Below are positions 1-8,551 of a DNA stretch of 13,345 nt, piece by piece; position 1 is the stretch's first letter, and each line of letters begins with the position of its first letter. Position numbers and translations under genes: made by a program. This DNA comes from Candidatus Nanohaloarchaea archaeon. GTDB taxonomy: Archaea > Nanohalarchaeota > Nanosalinia > Nanosalinales > Nanosalinaceae. The notes beneath the pieces are model-generated. The model searched no databases and was not told where the DNA came from. It saw only the letters and a list, made by a program, of their open reading frames with translations. The stretch lies in the NCBI GenBank assembly GCA_046497485.1, contig JAWOFP010000061.1:1-13345 (forward strand), written 5' to 3'.

Positions 1-3000
1 ATCCAACGGTTTGAGGCCTCGACTCTTAGATTGAAGGAGTTATCTAGGTCTGTCTCAGCCTGGAAAATTGATTCCATCGTCCCGTTGTGAGGTATTGAGG
101 TCCGGGAGAGATTGAATGTTCCTTCTTCACTTGAACTAAAGTTGATTTGCTTGACTGGAAGATTTGTCTCATTTAATTCTATACTGTGCTCCCCTTCTGG
201 AGCTCTTATATCCACATAGTATGCAGATTCATTGACTTCTAGCTCTGCTTCATTTAAACTTGAAGGCGGTCCGCCACCTGAGAAACCGCCTCCACCACCT
301 CCACCGGATGAACCGCCATCATTATCAGAGTTAGAGCTTTCTTCCTCAACCTCATAGCTCAAGGATTCAGATGTGAAAGTCGAGTTATTGAAAGAGGCCT
401 GAGCATCCCATTGATATGTTCCAGGTGACGGAGACTCTTCAAAACTAAAGGAATCGAGGCCTGAACTAAGGTTAGATTTGAAAGTTGAGCTCCCGGTTTC
501 GACTGTTAAATTAGGCTCTCCAACCGAAGTTATATTTCCTGAAAACTCTATAGTATCTCCTTCAGTATAAGTTGAGCTGTTAGGCGAGAGTTCAGAGAAC
601 TCAGAGTAAGGATCTAGAGAGAAGTTGCCGACTTCAGAACCATTGACTTTCAAAATGTAGAAACCTGTCTCATTCCAGTCAACTGAACCAGTAACATTTC
701 TTTCCTCGTTCTTATCTAGGAAATAATTTTGAGTAAAGTTAGACTCATTGATTGACAATGTTAGAGATTCATTGATTAGGCCAGAATCAGTATTATTTAG
801 AAGCGTCTCTATCTCGATCAGGCCTTTCTCCGACACATTGAAGGTGCTGTCACCGATAGTTACATTAGGCTTCTCTACTTCCACATCGGAGACATTTGAA
901 CCATTTATTTTAGCTGAAAAGTTCCCGGAATTTAGAGGCCTCAAAGTTTCTGAGATATTCTTTTTACCAGGGCTTACTTCTCCCGTATTAGATGCTTTCT
1001 CTATATCTCCAAGAGAGTAATTCAGATAGTCTAGGCCTGAAACATCTCCAGTGTTTTCAACTGTGGCGTTGAATCTTAGGCTCTGACCTGTGAAAAGCTC
1101 TGTAGAGTTAACTGAAGTCTGGTTTACCGAGATATTTGCATCGTTCAAGACTTCAAAATCTTTTGTATAATTAACTGTCTCCGACGAATAATTTCCTGGA
1201 TCCTCTATATTCTGGGTAAATACGACATTAGCTCCATCGCCTGAATCCAGTTCTATAGACTTGTTATTGCTGTAATCCGTGCCTCCTGTAATATTCATTG
1301 GAACAATGAAAGAGCCTGAAACATCGCCGATATTCTGGGCTGAAACATTGACCGATATATTCTCTCCCTCTACGATACTTGAGTTAGAAAGCGAAAGGCC
1401 TGTGATATTAAGCTCTGCATCGTTCAAAACCTCTAAATCTTTTTCTAGAGTAGAGTTAGCTGCTAGAGTATAGTTGCCAGGAGAATCAAATGACTGATTG
1501 AAGACAGTATCATTATTTGACTGTTTCTCTACCGTTACATTCCGACTCCGTTCTACCTGAGAATCAATCATGAACTCAATAAGACTTGAGGCCTGAACAT
1601 CCCCAGGATTCTCCGCTTGGAGAGTATAATTTACTGAATCTCCTTCCACAATCGTGTTATTTGATAGAGAACTGTCAAGCAATTCGATCGATCCAGGCCT
1701 TAAAACCTCTAAGCTTTCCGATAAATTACCTGAAGAAAGAGTATAGTTTCCTCTGTCACTGAACTTTCTATCGAAAGAAATGCTTTGATTTGATCCCCCT
1801 GAAATATTCCTTTCTACAGACTGGTCTAAGGATTCATCAACTTTCAGAGAGATATTGAAAAGGCCTGAGACATCTCCAATATTGGATGCTGTGACCGATG
1901 CCTCCACAGTATCGTTTTCGAAAAAGTTGTCCGTATTATTTAGTTGGAAGTTAGACAAGTTCAGTTGAGCGTCGTTAAGCACATTCAGATTTCCTGCCTC
2001 GGTACCGTTAACTGAAATGTTATAATAGCCAGGTTCAGTGAAGTCAGTAACAAAACTGTAATTCTTATCTGATTCAAAAGATACGAAGACATTTTGCTGG
2101 CTTATTTCTGTCCCGTTTCTGAGAAGCCTTAGGTCTGCGTCACCGTCGCCCCCGGCATTGTCCACTGTACCTGAAACGTTTACATACCCTCCTTCAACCA
2201 TCTCAGAATCATTCAACTGGGAACTCAGGCTGAAATCCGGATCAGGCATATCCACATCAAGGCCTCCCGCAAATGTTTCATTCACATAAACCTCATAATA
2301 TCCTTCTTCGGAAATACTTTGCTCGAACTGGAAGGACTTAGACTCTTCAGAGTTTAAATTGATAGTCTGATTTTCTGCTGAGCTATCATTGAACTTTAAT
2401 TCTAGGTTAACATCATTTTGCTCATTTCTAAGATTCTCTATATCGCCTGAAACAGCAAATATTTCTTCGATTTCGGCCTCAGAATTATTTACTGTAACGT
2501 TCTCAATCACAGCACCTCGATCAAAATTCTGGATTGCGTACTCAGTAGCAGCATAAGCATCAATAATACCATGACCATAACGAGTATCCTGACCATCTAT
2601 CGAATAGTTAGCAGATGAGCCATCCCAACTATCAGGCTTCCAAGCAGTCTGAACAAAGGCCTCAGAAATATTCTCAGGAGAAAGATAATTGTAGGTCGCT
2701 GACTGCATCAAAGCTGCGGCGCCAGAAACATGAGGTGTCGCCATGCTCGTTCCTCTTTTGTAACCATAGCTGTTACCTGGCTCACTACTGTAAACATTTT
2801 CTCCAGGAGCCGCCAAGTCCGGCACAATGTATTCGCTCGGCCAAGACTCCGGAGGATTATTCCAGGCCTGATCAGAATCAATTTTTTCACCGCTAGAGAA
2901 AGATGTGATGCCTCCACTGGAATTTGAAGCACCTATAGCAGAGACATTGTAAATATTACTTGGCGATATACTTGTTCCTTCCCCGCTGTTACCAGATGCG

Positions 3001-4004
3001 CCGATTACGATAGTGCCATTATTATGAGCATTCTCCACAGAATCGTTGAATATACTGTAATAACCTGCAGCCCCTAAACTCATGCTTAATATATCCGCAT
3101 CGTTTTCAACTGACCACTGCATAGCACCGGCAATATCTGATAAATCCCCGACACAATTACCATCAGGATTTTCATTCATTAATGCCCCTACGTTCATCAA
3201 AGAAACATTTGGAGCAACACCAATATTGGTTCCAGAGGCATTACCTCCTGAAACCGTGCCGCTGACATGAGTTCCGTGATCCCCTCCTCCATGAGAACAA
3301 ACCTTAGGCTCCGAGCCATCAACCTTTCCCGTACCATTCTTGAATTCAGCCCATCCGCCAGGATAGGTCGGATCAGACTCATCAGTAGTAAAGAGATCAA
3401 GATCAGCATGATTGATATCGATACCTGTATCAATCACTGAAACCTTTACACCCTCTCCTCTTGTATCGAACTCGCTCCAAGTCTCAGTAGCATTAATCTG
3501 ATCCATGCCATAAGTGTTAGAGGCTTGAGGACTAGCCTCTGAACCCCCAGAAGCTGAACCTGATTGAAGAGCCTCTACTTCAGCATTCACGTTCAGGCTT
3601 TCTACTCCTTGAACCGATGCAATATTTTCCAATGGAATATTATTTGAGGCCTCTAAAAGAACTGCGTTTGTTATCCAGAACTTATTTTTTACTTCTATAT
3701 TAGGATTTTTCTCCACCATCTTGAGTAAAGGACTCTGTGATTTTGAGGCCTGAGACTTCATTTCGCTTATCTTGGTAGGCCTTCCTTTGTAGCCCTGTAA
3801 TTTGACGAAGACTTGTTCTTTCTCAGGAGTATCTGTGCTGAAAAATCCGAATCCCTCCTGCTGGAACTTTGACTCAAGCTCAGGATCGATATCTACATTT
3901 GATGGATCCTGTGTCGGAACTTCTGCTGACTGACCTGAGACTAACGCCACCAGCAAGACAAGTATTACAGTTAAGCTCCCGAGGCCTGCGAGGAAATGTT
4001 TCAC
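1..4004 (-). CDS. Secreted S8 (subtilisin-like) serine peptidase with propeptide, ~8 CARDB/Ig-like repeats, Gly-rich linker and probable PGF-pre-PGF-like region; 3' end truncated by window
   Basis: Hand translation is open from GTG at 4004 to the left edge. Signal peptide MKHFLAGLGSLTVILVLLVALVSG; catalytic motifs VSVIDTGID (Asp codon 3429-3431), DHGTHVSGT (His 3276-3278), GASGNSG (oxyanion Asn), GTSMATPHVSGAAAL (Ser 2745-2747). Repeats carry N-x-G-D-V-S-G and PG-N-Y-T motifs; linker GGSSGGGGGGGFSGGGPP. Confidence 0.95.
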   Translation of the reverse strand, partial: MKHFLAGLGSLTVILVLLVALVSGQSAEVPTQDPSNVDIDPELESKFQQEGFGFFSTDTPEKEQVFVKLQGYKGRPTKISEMKSQASKSQSPLLKMVEKNPNIEVKNKFWITNAVLLEASNNIPLENIASVQGVESLNVNAEVEALQSGSASGGSEASPQASNTYGMDQINATETWSEFDTRGEGVKVSVIDTGIDINHADLDLFTTDESDPTYPGGWAEFKNGTGKVDGSEPKVCSHGGGDHGTHVSGTVSGGNASGTNIGVAPNVSLMNVGALMNENPDGNCVGDLSDIAGAMQWSVENDADILSMSLGAAGYYSIFNDSVENAHNNGTIVIGASGNSGEGTSISPSNIYNVSAIGASNSSGGITSFSSGEKIDSDQAWNNPPESWPSEYIVPDLAAPGENVYSSEPGNSYGYKRGTSMATPHVSGAAALMQSATYNYLSPENISEAFVQTAWKPDSWDGSSANYSIDGQDTRYGHGIIDAYAATEYAIQNFDRGAVIENVTVNNSEAEIEEIFAVSGDIENLRNEQNDVNLELKFNDSSAENQTINLNSEESKSFQFEQSISEEGYYEVYVNETFAGGLDVDMPDPDFSLSSQLNDSEMVEGGYVNVSGTVDNAGGDGDADLRLLRNGTEISQQNVFVSFESDKNYSFVTDFTEPGYYNISVNGTEAGNLNVLNDAQLNLSNFQLNNTDNFFENDTVEASVTASNIGDVSGLFNISLKVDESLDQSVERNISGGSNQSISFDRKFSDRGNYTLSSGNLSESLEVLRPGSIELLDSSLSNNTIVEGDSVNYTLQAENPGDVQASSLIEFMIDSQVERSRNVTVEKQSNNDTVFNQSFDSPGNYTLAANSTLEKDLEVLNDAELNITGLSLSNSSIVEGENISVNVSAQNIGDVSGSFIVPMNITGGTDYSNNKSIELDSGDGANVVFTQNIEDPGNYSSETVNYTKDFEVLNDANISVNQTSVNSTELFTGQSLRFNATVENTGDVSGLDYLNYSLGDIEKASNTGEVSPGKKNISETLRPLNSGNFSAKINGSNVSDVEVEKPNVTIGDSTFNVSEKGLIEIETLLNNTDSGLINESLTLSINESNFTQNYFLDKNEERNVTGSVDWNETGFYILKVNGSEVGNFSLDPYSEFSELSPNSSTYTEGDTIEFSGNITSVGEPNLTVETGSSTFKSNLSSGLDSFSFEESPSPGTYQWDAQASFNNSTFTSESLSYEVEEESSNSDNDGGSSGGGGGGGFSGGGPPSSLNEAELEVNESAYYVDIRAPEGEHSIELNETNLPVKQINFSSSEEGTFNLSRTSIPHNGTMESIFQAETDLDNSFNLRVEASNRW
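355..2515 (-). repeat. About 8 tandem ~90-aa CARDB/Ig-like domain repeats within the subtilase (approximate bounds)
   Basis: Recurrent protein motifs: (L/F)(E/N)VLNDA junctions; SNIGDVSG / ENPGDVQA / QNIGDVSG / ENTGDVSG; EEGYY / EPGYY / RGNYT / PGNYT / PGNYS. Confidence 0.75.
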
Positions 4005-4103
4005 TAAATCAGATTTATCTTTCCGGGAATATAATGTTTTAAGCCATCAAGCAGTAACTTAAAAAGGATTTAGCTCCAATTTCTTCTTAACCCACACCAC
4101 CTC

Positions 4104-4232
4104 CCTGGGGAGAACATTAAATTTTGGGATTTGCGGACCTCCGGCCCGAAGAGGCCTAAAAAACATGGAGGTAAGAGGAGCCCTCCTAACTTAGAGGGAA
4201 CCTAAAAAAGAGTCCTTCCAGTTCTCCCCAGG
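4104..4232 (+). ncRNA. Candidate structured RNA or structured 5' leader, family not recognised
   Basis: Perfect 12-bp closing stem CCTGGGGAGAAC (4104-4115) / GTTCTCCCCAGG (4221-4232). Inner stems: GGGATT/AGTCCT with two G-U pairs, ACCTCC/GGAGGT enclosing GGCC/GGCC, and AGG-ag-CCCTC/GAGGG-aa-CCT. TATA-like TTAAAAA at ~4059-4065. Confidence 0.5.
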
Positions 4233-4297
4233 ACCCACCCAACCTTACAGCTTACATCGTTGCCACTTATCCATTAATAAATTCTTTCAATTTATTT

Positions 4298-5182
4298 GTG
4301 TATGTGAACTTGGAAAATCTCAGCGCTTCACTAAGCCCAGAAACTGGAGAACTAGCGGAATTACTAGAAGAAGATAGTTCATTATCTATAGAAGAGGAAG
4401 GCGACGTAGATATATACATAGACAAATTACCAGACAATTTAGAAAGGCCTAATGTTGTAGTGACAGTAGACCAGAAAAAAGCCGGTAGGGCATCGAGATT
4501 AGGAGCCAATCAAGTGTTGACCGGCCAACCAGAAGATTTCTCCGATTTGATTTACCAAGAAGCAAAAAAGGCTAGAAAAAATCACTTGGATAACAGAAGA
4601 AACGAGATAACTCAGATAGGACTTCAAGATCTTATTCACAACGTGAGAAACCCTATATCTGTGATAAACGGGTATCTAGACCTGCATAAAGATGACCTGG
4701 ATGACGAACTTCACGAAACCTTAACGGAGAGCGCTTCCAGAATTATAGAGGCCTGTGATGACGCGAATAAGTACAGATTTCACAACGGAGAAAGTTACAG
4801 CGAATTGAGCGAAGAATTTTTCCAGGACATTCATGAATCGCTCTCCTTCAGGATCAAAGACGAAGAAGAAGACCTAGAGATATATGGAGAGAATGAGATG
4901 ATAGAGTTGAATGCTCTTGATGAGATAATGGTCTACAACTTATTGGACAACAGTTTAGAACATGGGGAAACTCCTGAGATTGGGATGGAAGGATACCAAG
5001 ACGGATACTTCACAGCTCATGTCAAGGACGGAGGCAATATACCCGAAGACGTCTGGAACTCGTGGCAGAACGGCGGAGAATACGGAGGAACAGGCAGTAA
5101 GCTGATCTCATACGCCAGAGACATAAACGGAAATGAACTTGAGAGAACGGATGAAGGATACAGGATAAAGATTTCTAGCTGA
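4298..5182 (+). CDS. Soluble histidine kinase-like protein (degenerate receiver-like N-terminus, HisKA, HATPase_c)
   Basis: H-box DLIHNVRNPISVINGYLDL; N-box VYNLLDNSLEHG; G1-like VKDGGNIP; G2-like GGTGSKL. N-terminal VVVTVD...ASRLGANQVL resembles the C-half of a receiver domain. No transmembrane segment. Confidence 0.85.
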   Translation: MYVNLENLSASLSPETGELAELLEEDSSLSIEEEGDVDIYIDKLPDNLERPNVVVTVDQKKAGRASRLGANQVLTGQPEDFSDLIYQEAKKARKNHLDNRRNEITQIGLQDLIHNVRNPISVINGYLDLHKDDLDDELHETLTESASRIIEACDDANKYRFHNGESYSELSEEFFQDIHESLSFRIKDEEEDLEIYGENEMIELNALDEIMVYNLLDNSLEHGETPEIGMEGYQDGYFTAHVKDGGNIPEDVWNSWQNGGEYGGTGSKLISYARDINGNELERTDEGYRIKISS

Positions 5183-5323
5183 TTTAAACCCTAAAAGATA
5201 AGTGAAGACCTTTCACTGTACTATGGATTCAGATTTTATCCAGACTTCGATGAAGCAATCGATACACTTGAAGGGGGGGAATAGACTCCTTGCTCACCTA
5301 ACATTCCTAGATAAAATCTATGC

Positions 5324-5614
5324 TTAATCAAGATAACTTTTTACAGAATCTGCCCCGTTATCTCCTATAGCCAAGATCGCATCTCTTAAACCGTCATCCT
5401 TACCAGCCTCTAAGTAAAGACTGAAGGCCTCTAACATATTCTCTCTATAAGTCGGTGAAAAATGCACATCCAAGCTTTTGGAAGTCACACGAGTATCAAG
5501 ACCTACTCTTCTATCGTAGTCTCTAAGATATCTTCTTACTGTGCTCTTTGCTTCAGCCAGTTTTCCGTCTTCTAATTCTTCATCAGCCAGTTTTCTAAGC
5601 GTATCTAATGTAAT
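5324..5614 (-). CDS. Hypothetical protein (~96 aa) with apparent non-canonical ATT start, or start-mutated pseudogene; not in ORF track
   Basis: Open frame ITLDTLRKLADEELEDGKLAEAKSTVRRYLRDYDRRVG...GADSVKSYLD*, bounded upstream by an in-frame TGA (5621-5623). SD-like GGTGAG at 5620-5625 lies 5 nt before ATT. Directly follows the previous gene's stop. Confidence 0.6.
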   Translation of the reverse strand: MTLDTLRKLADEELEDGKLAEAKSTVRRYLRDYDRRVGLDTRVTSKSLDVHFSPTYRENMLEAFSLYLEAGKDDGLRDAILAIGDNGADSVKSYLD

Positions 5615-5616
5615 AA

Positions 5617-5895
5617 TTACTCACCTATCTCAAATAAATGTCCATTACTGTTCGCCGCATTTCTCAGATGATACACTGAAACATCTCTAGAGAACTCATC
5701 AATCTCCTGCTCCAGTTCCTCCACAAGCCTGGATATTTCATCCTGTAAATAGATAGAACCATTATATTCTACAAACTCATCCTCGAATTTTAAGGCCTCG
5801 TCATTTTCTCCTTCAAAACCCTCTACAGATGATTCAAAATAAGTTGAGGCCTCTAAAGTATTCCTTAACTCATTATGCCTATAATCTTCGCTCAT
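5617..5895 (-). CDS. Acidic hypothetical protein (92 aa)
   Basis: ATG start 3 nt after the upstream stop; D/E-rich like its neighbours. Confidence 0.8.
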   Translation of the reverse strand: MSEDYRHNELRNTLEASTYFESSVEGFEGENDEALKFEDEFVEYNGSIYLQDEISRLVEELEQEIDEFSRDVSVYHLRNAANSNGHLFEIGE

Positions 5896-5898
5896 GTT

Positions 5899-6552
5899 TT
5901 ATCGCTCCCCTTCAAGTATCTGTTGTAATTCAGATAAATTCTCTGCTTTTCTTCCGTCTTTTCTCTCATTTTTCTCAACTAGACCCCTTTCTGGATCATT
6001 TACCATAACCTGTTCAAGTCGGGAAAACTGCACGGCATCTCTCAGATCTAAAACATATCTCTGCCCATCTTTATAGACAGCAATACCATCTGAAGCCTCC
6101 TTGAACTCCTCCATGCCTGCTTTCCTCAGAGCCCAGGGAATATTTCTCTCCCATCCATCAGATTTCTTTCTGACAGTGAACTCTCTATTTTCATCAGGTC
6201 GATGACTGTAGTCGGTAAGATCAAGATCGTATTCTTGATCAAAAAACTGTCTGAAAGGAACTGTCATCAAGTTTCTCTTATTAGAAGACAAGTTCTCTGA
6301 AGCCTCATCGATATTTTTGAAACTTACTCTGAGATTATCTCCAATACTGTTTTCAAAATAGGTTAGGCCTACTCTGAAGCTTTCGGATTCAGGAAGATTC
6401 TTCTCACCCATCTCCATATTAACCTCATAGATTTTCTCAGTAGGATAATCGCCAGCCTCATCTACCTCTGCTATTTCATAATCTTCAACATCTAGGCCTG
6501 AAAGCTGTTCAAAGTTTTCATAAAGTTCTTTTAGGCCTGAAATTTCTTCCAT
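5899..6552 (-). CDS. Acidic hypothetical protein (217 aa)
   Basis: Long acidic ORF co-oriented with neighbours; no motif recognised. Confidence 0.85.
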   Translation of the reverse strand: MEEISGLKELYENFEQLSGLDVEDYEIAEVDEAGDYPTEKIYEVNMEMGEKNLPESESFRVGLTYFENSIGDNLRVSFKNIDEASENLSSNKRNLMTVPFRQFFDQEYDLDLTDYSHRPDENREFTVRKKSDGWERNIPWALRKAGMEEFKEASDGIAVYKDGQRYVLDLRDAVQFSRLEQVMVNDPERGLVEKNERKDGRKAENLSELQQILEGER

Positions 6553-6577
6553 ATTTATGACAAATTAGCCGTGAATT

Positions 6578-7285
6578 TTATATTGATTCTCTCGTGGTAA
6601 CAGATTCCTGGATTTCTTCAGCAAACTGTTCAAGCTCTTCTTCAGAATCAAGTATCTCAACTGTCGCATACATAGATTCCTCATCAAATTCCTGGAACTC
6701 CTCTACATACAGTCTGCGTTCTCCAACCTCAAATCTATAATTTGTGTCTTTTATATCAATGTAACGACCCTGTTTAACCGCTTCAATATCTTCATCAAGC
6801 AAAGTCGACTCCGCATTATTCACCCAATAACCTCCTACTTCGAGGCCTTCACCTGTGCCGATTTCCATAGTCAATTCCTCTACAGTTTCCGCCAAACCTT
6901 CTTCAGAAAGATTTTCAAACCTGTCTACAACACTCACTTCAATGTCTAGGTCTTCCGATATATCGTCTCTAAGATGGTCAGAGACATTATGGATTTCGTA
7001 AGGATGAGCCCCATCTTCTTGATCGGAGTAAACAGTGATTACAGGAAAGCTCTCCTCTAATGCTATAACCCTCTCACCCTGGTAAAGTTTTACCTGCTCT
7101 CCTTCAGAGTCTAAAATCCGGTCAGGTTCGCCGTATACTGCGTCAAAAGTAGCCTCGGCATACTCATGTGAGTTATCGAAATCTTCTGGATCCTTTCCAA
7201 TTATTCCCCCTTTGGAAAGGGCTGTAAAATCTTTTCTAGACATTGAGTCGTGTACCCTTCCTCTATCTCTATTATGCCTATCCAT
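6578..7285 (-). CDS. Acidic hypothetical protein (~235 aa); N-terminal half belongs to a local paralogue family
   Basis: ATG at 7285 preferred over TTG at 7300. FDNSHEYAEA...LDSEGEQVKLYQGE aligns ungapped with the 8011-8433 product. Confidence 0.85.
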   Translation of the reverse strand: MDRHNRDRGRVHDSMSRKDFTALSKGGIIGKDPEDFDNSHEYAEATFDAVYGEPDRILDSEGEQVKLYQGERVIALEESFPVITVYSDQEDGAHPYEIHNVSDHLRDDISEDLDIEVSVVDRFENLSEEGLAETVEELTMEIGTGEGLEVGGYWVNNAESTLLDEDIEAVKQGRYIDIKDTNYRFEVGERRLYVEEFQEFDEESMYATVEILDSEEELEQFAEEIQESVTTRESI

Positions 7286-7338
7286 ACAGCAAGAAAACAA
7301 TTATAGGCCTTCTTTAAAAGCGTTGTTACTTCTAGAAC

Positions 7339-7575
7339 CTAATCTTTGATTCTGTCTCTGAAAACAACCCTAAACTTCTCAAAGGCCTTTGTCGCATTCT
7401 CAGTCATCAAGACAGCGCCGAAAGAAACCGTAAAAAGAGAAATCATAGTTCCCTGAGTCAGAGGCAGCTTACTTCCAACAATCTGAACTTGCAAAAGCGA
7501 TTCCGTCAAGGAGATCAGGCCTATTAACATTACAGAAACACCTGCGAAATCTGTTAAAATCCTGTCAAACTTCAT
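7339..7575 (-). CDS. Small membrane protein, two predicted TM helices (78 aa)
   Basis: Hydrophobic segments FAGVSVMLIGLISL and GTMISLFTVSFGAVLM; basic C-terminal tail; 1-nt TAATG overlap with the upstream gene. Confidence 0.8.
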   Translation of the reverse strand: MKFDRILTDFAGVSVMLIGLISLTESLLQVQIVGSKLPLTQGTMISLFTVSFGAVLMTENATKAFEKFRVVFRDRIKD

Positions 7576-7958
7576 TATATTAGATAATCCCTGTTATCTA
7601 CAGATTTATGCCTTTTCATATCATAACGGAAAAACTTTTCAATAGCTCTCTCGGCCTCTTCAACAGTAGAAGCCTCAATACCATCTTCGACCCCTCCCAT
7701 CGGCGTAGCAAGCCCTAAACTATCTAAGCCTGAAGAAGAATCCTGTTCAAGATAACCAACTATAATAGAATCCTCTCTCGGAAACACAACAAGGCCTCCT
7801 TCAAACCCACGATAAAATCTTGGACCAGATACATCTTCATCATAAAGATCCTCTACCTCTTCTGAAGCCGCTCCAAAACTATGCCTACGAGACGGATCAA
7901 CATCTAATCTTTTGTTAAGCGAGTCAGACAAACCATTATTATAGAACTCTTCCATCAT
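7575..7958 (-). CDS. Acidic hypothetical protein (127 aa), probable distant member of the local paralogue family
   Basis: GFEGGLVVFPREDSIIVGYLEQ resembles GLGLLYEGEDTVVAFLEQ of the neighbouring gene. Confidence 0.8.
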   Translation of the reverse strand: MMEEFYNNGLSDSLNKRLDVDPSRRHSFGAASEEVEDLYDEDVSGPRFYRGFEGGLVVFPREDSIIVGYLEQDSSSGLDSLGLATPMGGVEDGIEASTVEEAERAIEKFFRYDMKRHKSVDNRDYLI

Positions 7959-8010
7959 CTAACAATATAGAGATGAAGCTTTAGAACAATTTCGGCTTCG
8001 AAACACCAGT

Positions 8011-8433
8011 TTAACTTTCTAAATCAACAATCTCCTTCAACTTTACAGCCGCTTCATTAGGCCCATAACTACCGTTAATCTCCAACTCTATATCTTCCCA
8101 GACCTCGGAATCCAGTCTCGAAGTCGAGGCCTCCCGAACAGCACCCGCCTTGTCATCAACAGAGGAGGAAACAGTAAACTGGGAGATACCAAGAGACTCA
8201 CCCTGCTCTAGAAACGCTACGACAGTATCTTCTCCCTCATACAGAAGGCCTAACCCTTGCTCAGATTCGAACTCGTATACAGGCCTAAAAACTGTATACT
8301 GTAAAATATCTGCGGCATAATCCATCAAAGAATCATACTCATCCACACGGCTAATCACAACATCCCCATTTGGAGAAACCCTATCCAGGAAATAACTTTT
8401 CCTCATCTCAGTGTATTCAGCAGAGTCTCTCAC
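8011..8433 (-). CDS. Acidic hypothetical protein (140 aa), local paralogue family
   Basis: GTG start with a TATA-like ATTAAG about 22 nt upstream; similarity to the 10897-11409 and 6578-7285 products. Confidence 0.82.
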   Translation of the reverse strand: MRDSAEYTEMRKSYFLDRVSPNGDVVISRVDEYDSLMDYAADILQYTVFRPVYEFESEQGLGLLYEGEDTVVAFLEQGESLGISQFTVSSSVDDKAGAVREASTSRLDSEVWEDIELEINGSYGPNEAAVKLKEIVDLES

Positions 8434-8511
8434 CTCAAAAACATAGACTCCAAGACTTAATACCCTATCCTAAGACTTTCAAGAACTACCTAAAAAAATA
8501 TTTAGAAATCT

Positions 8512-8534
8512 CTCAAAAGTTAAACAAATGATCC
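8512..8534 (-). repeat. Degenerate copy A of the TA-associated element, downstream of the DUF433/DUF5615 operon
   Basis: + strand CTCAAAAGTTAAACAAATGATCC versus consensus CTCAAAAGTTAAATCAATAATCC, 20/23 identical; no ATG at the conserved spacing. Confidence 0.7.
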
Positions 8535-8551
8535 AAAAGGGAGAAAACCCT

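Noticed and set aside
265..320. CCA/CCG/CCT-rich low-complexity tract
   Set aside because: Encodes the Gly-rich linker of the subtilase, not a separate DNA repeat.
748..3433. Seven short ORFs in the track (748..1020, 1279..1473, 2615..2896, 2708..2932, 2730..2927, 3082..3270, 3197..3433)
   Set aside because: All lie antisense or out of frame inside the subtilase CDS and lack the acidic composition of real genes here.
4104..4232. tRNA, 5S rRNA or IS/MITE call for the inverted-repeat element
   Set aside because: No T-loop/anticodon cloverleaf or 5S motifs; no transposase or clear target-site duplication (only loose C/A-rich flanks); a single copy in the window.
5198..5284. Short acidic + strand frame ISEDLSLYYGFRFYPDFDEAIDTLEGGE* after the kinase (ATA in place of ATG)
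   Set aside because: Only 28 codons with no canonical start; may be a gene relic but cannot be supported.
5553..5595. 13-nt direct repeat TCAGCCAGTTTTC
   Set aside because: Explained by a repeated KLA(D/E) peptide within the hidden ORF; too short to be meaningful.
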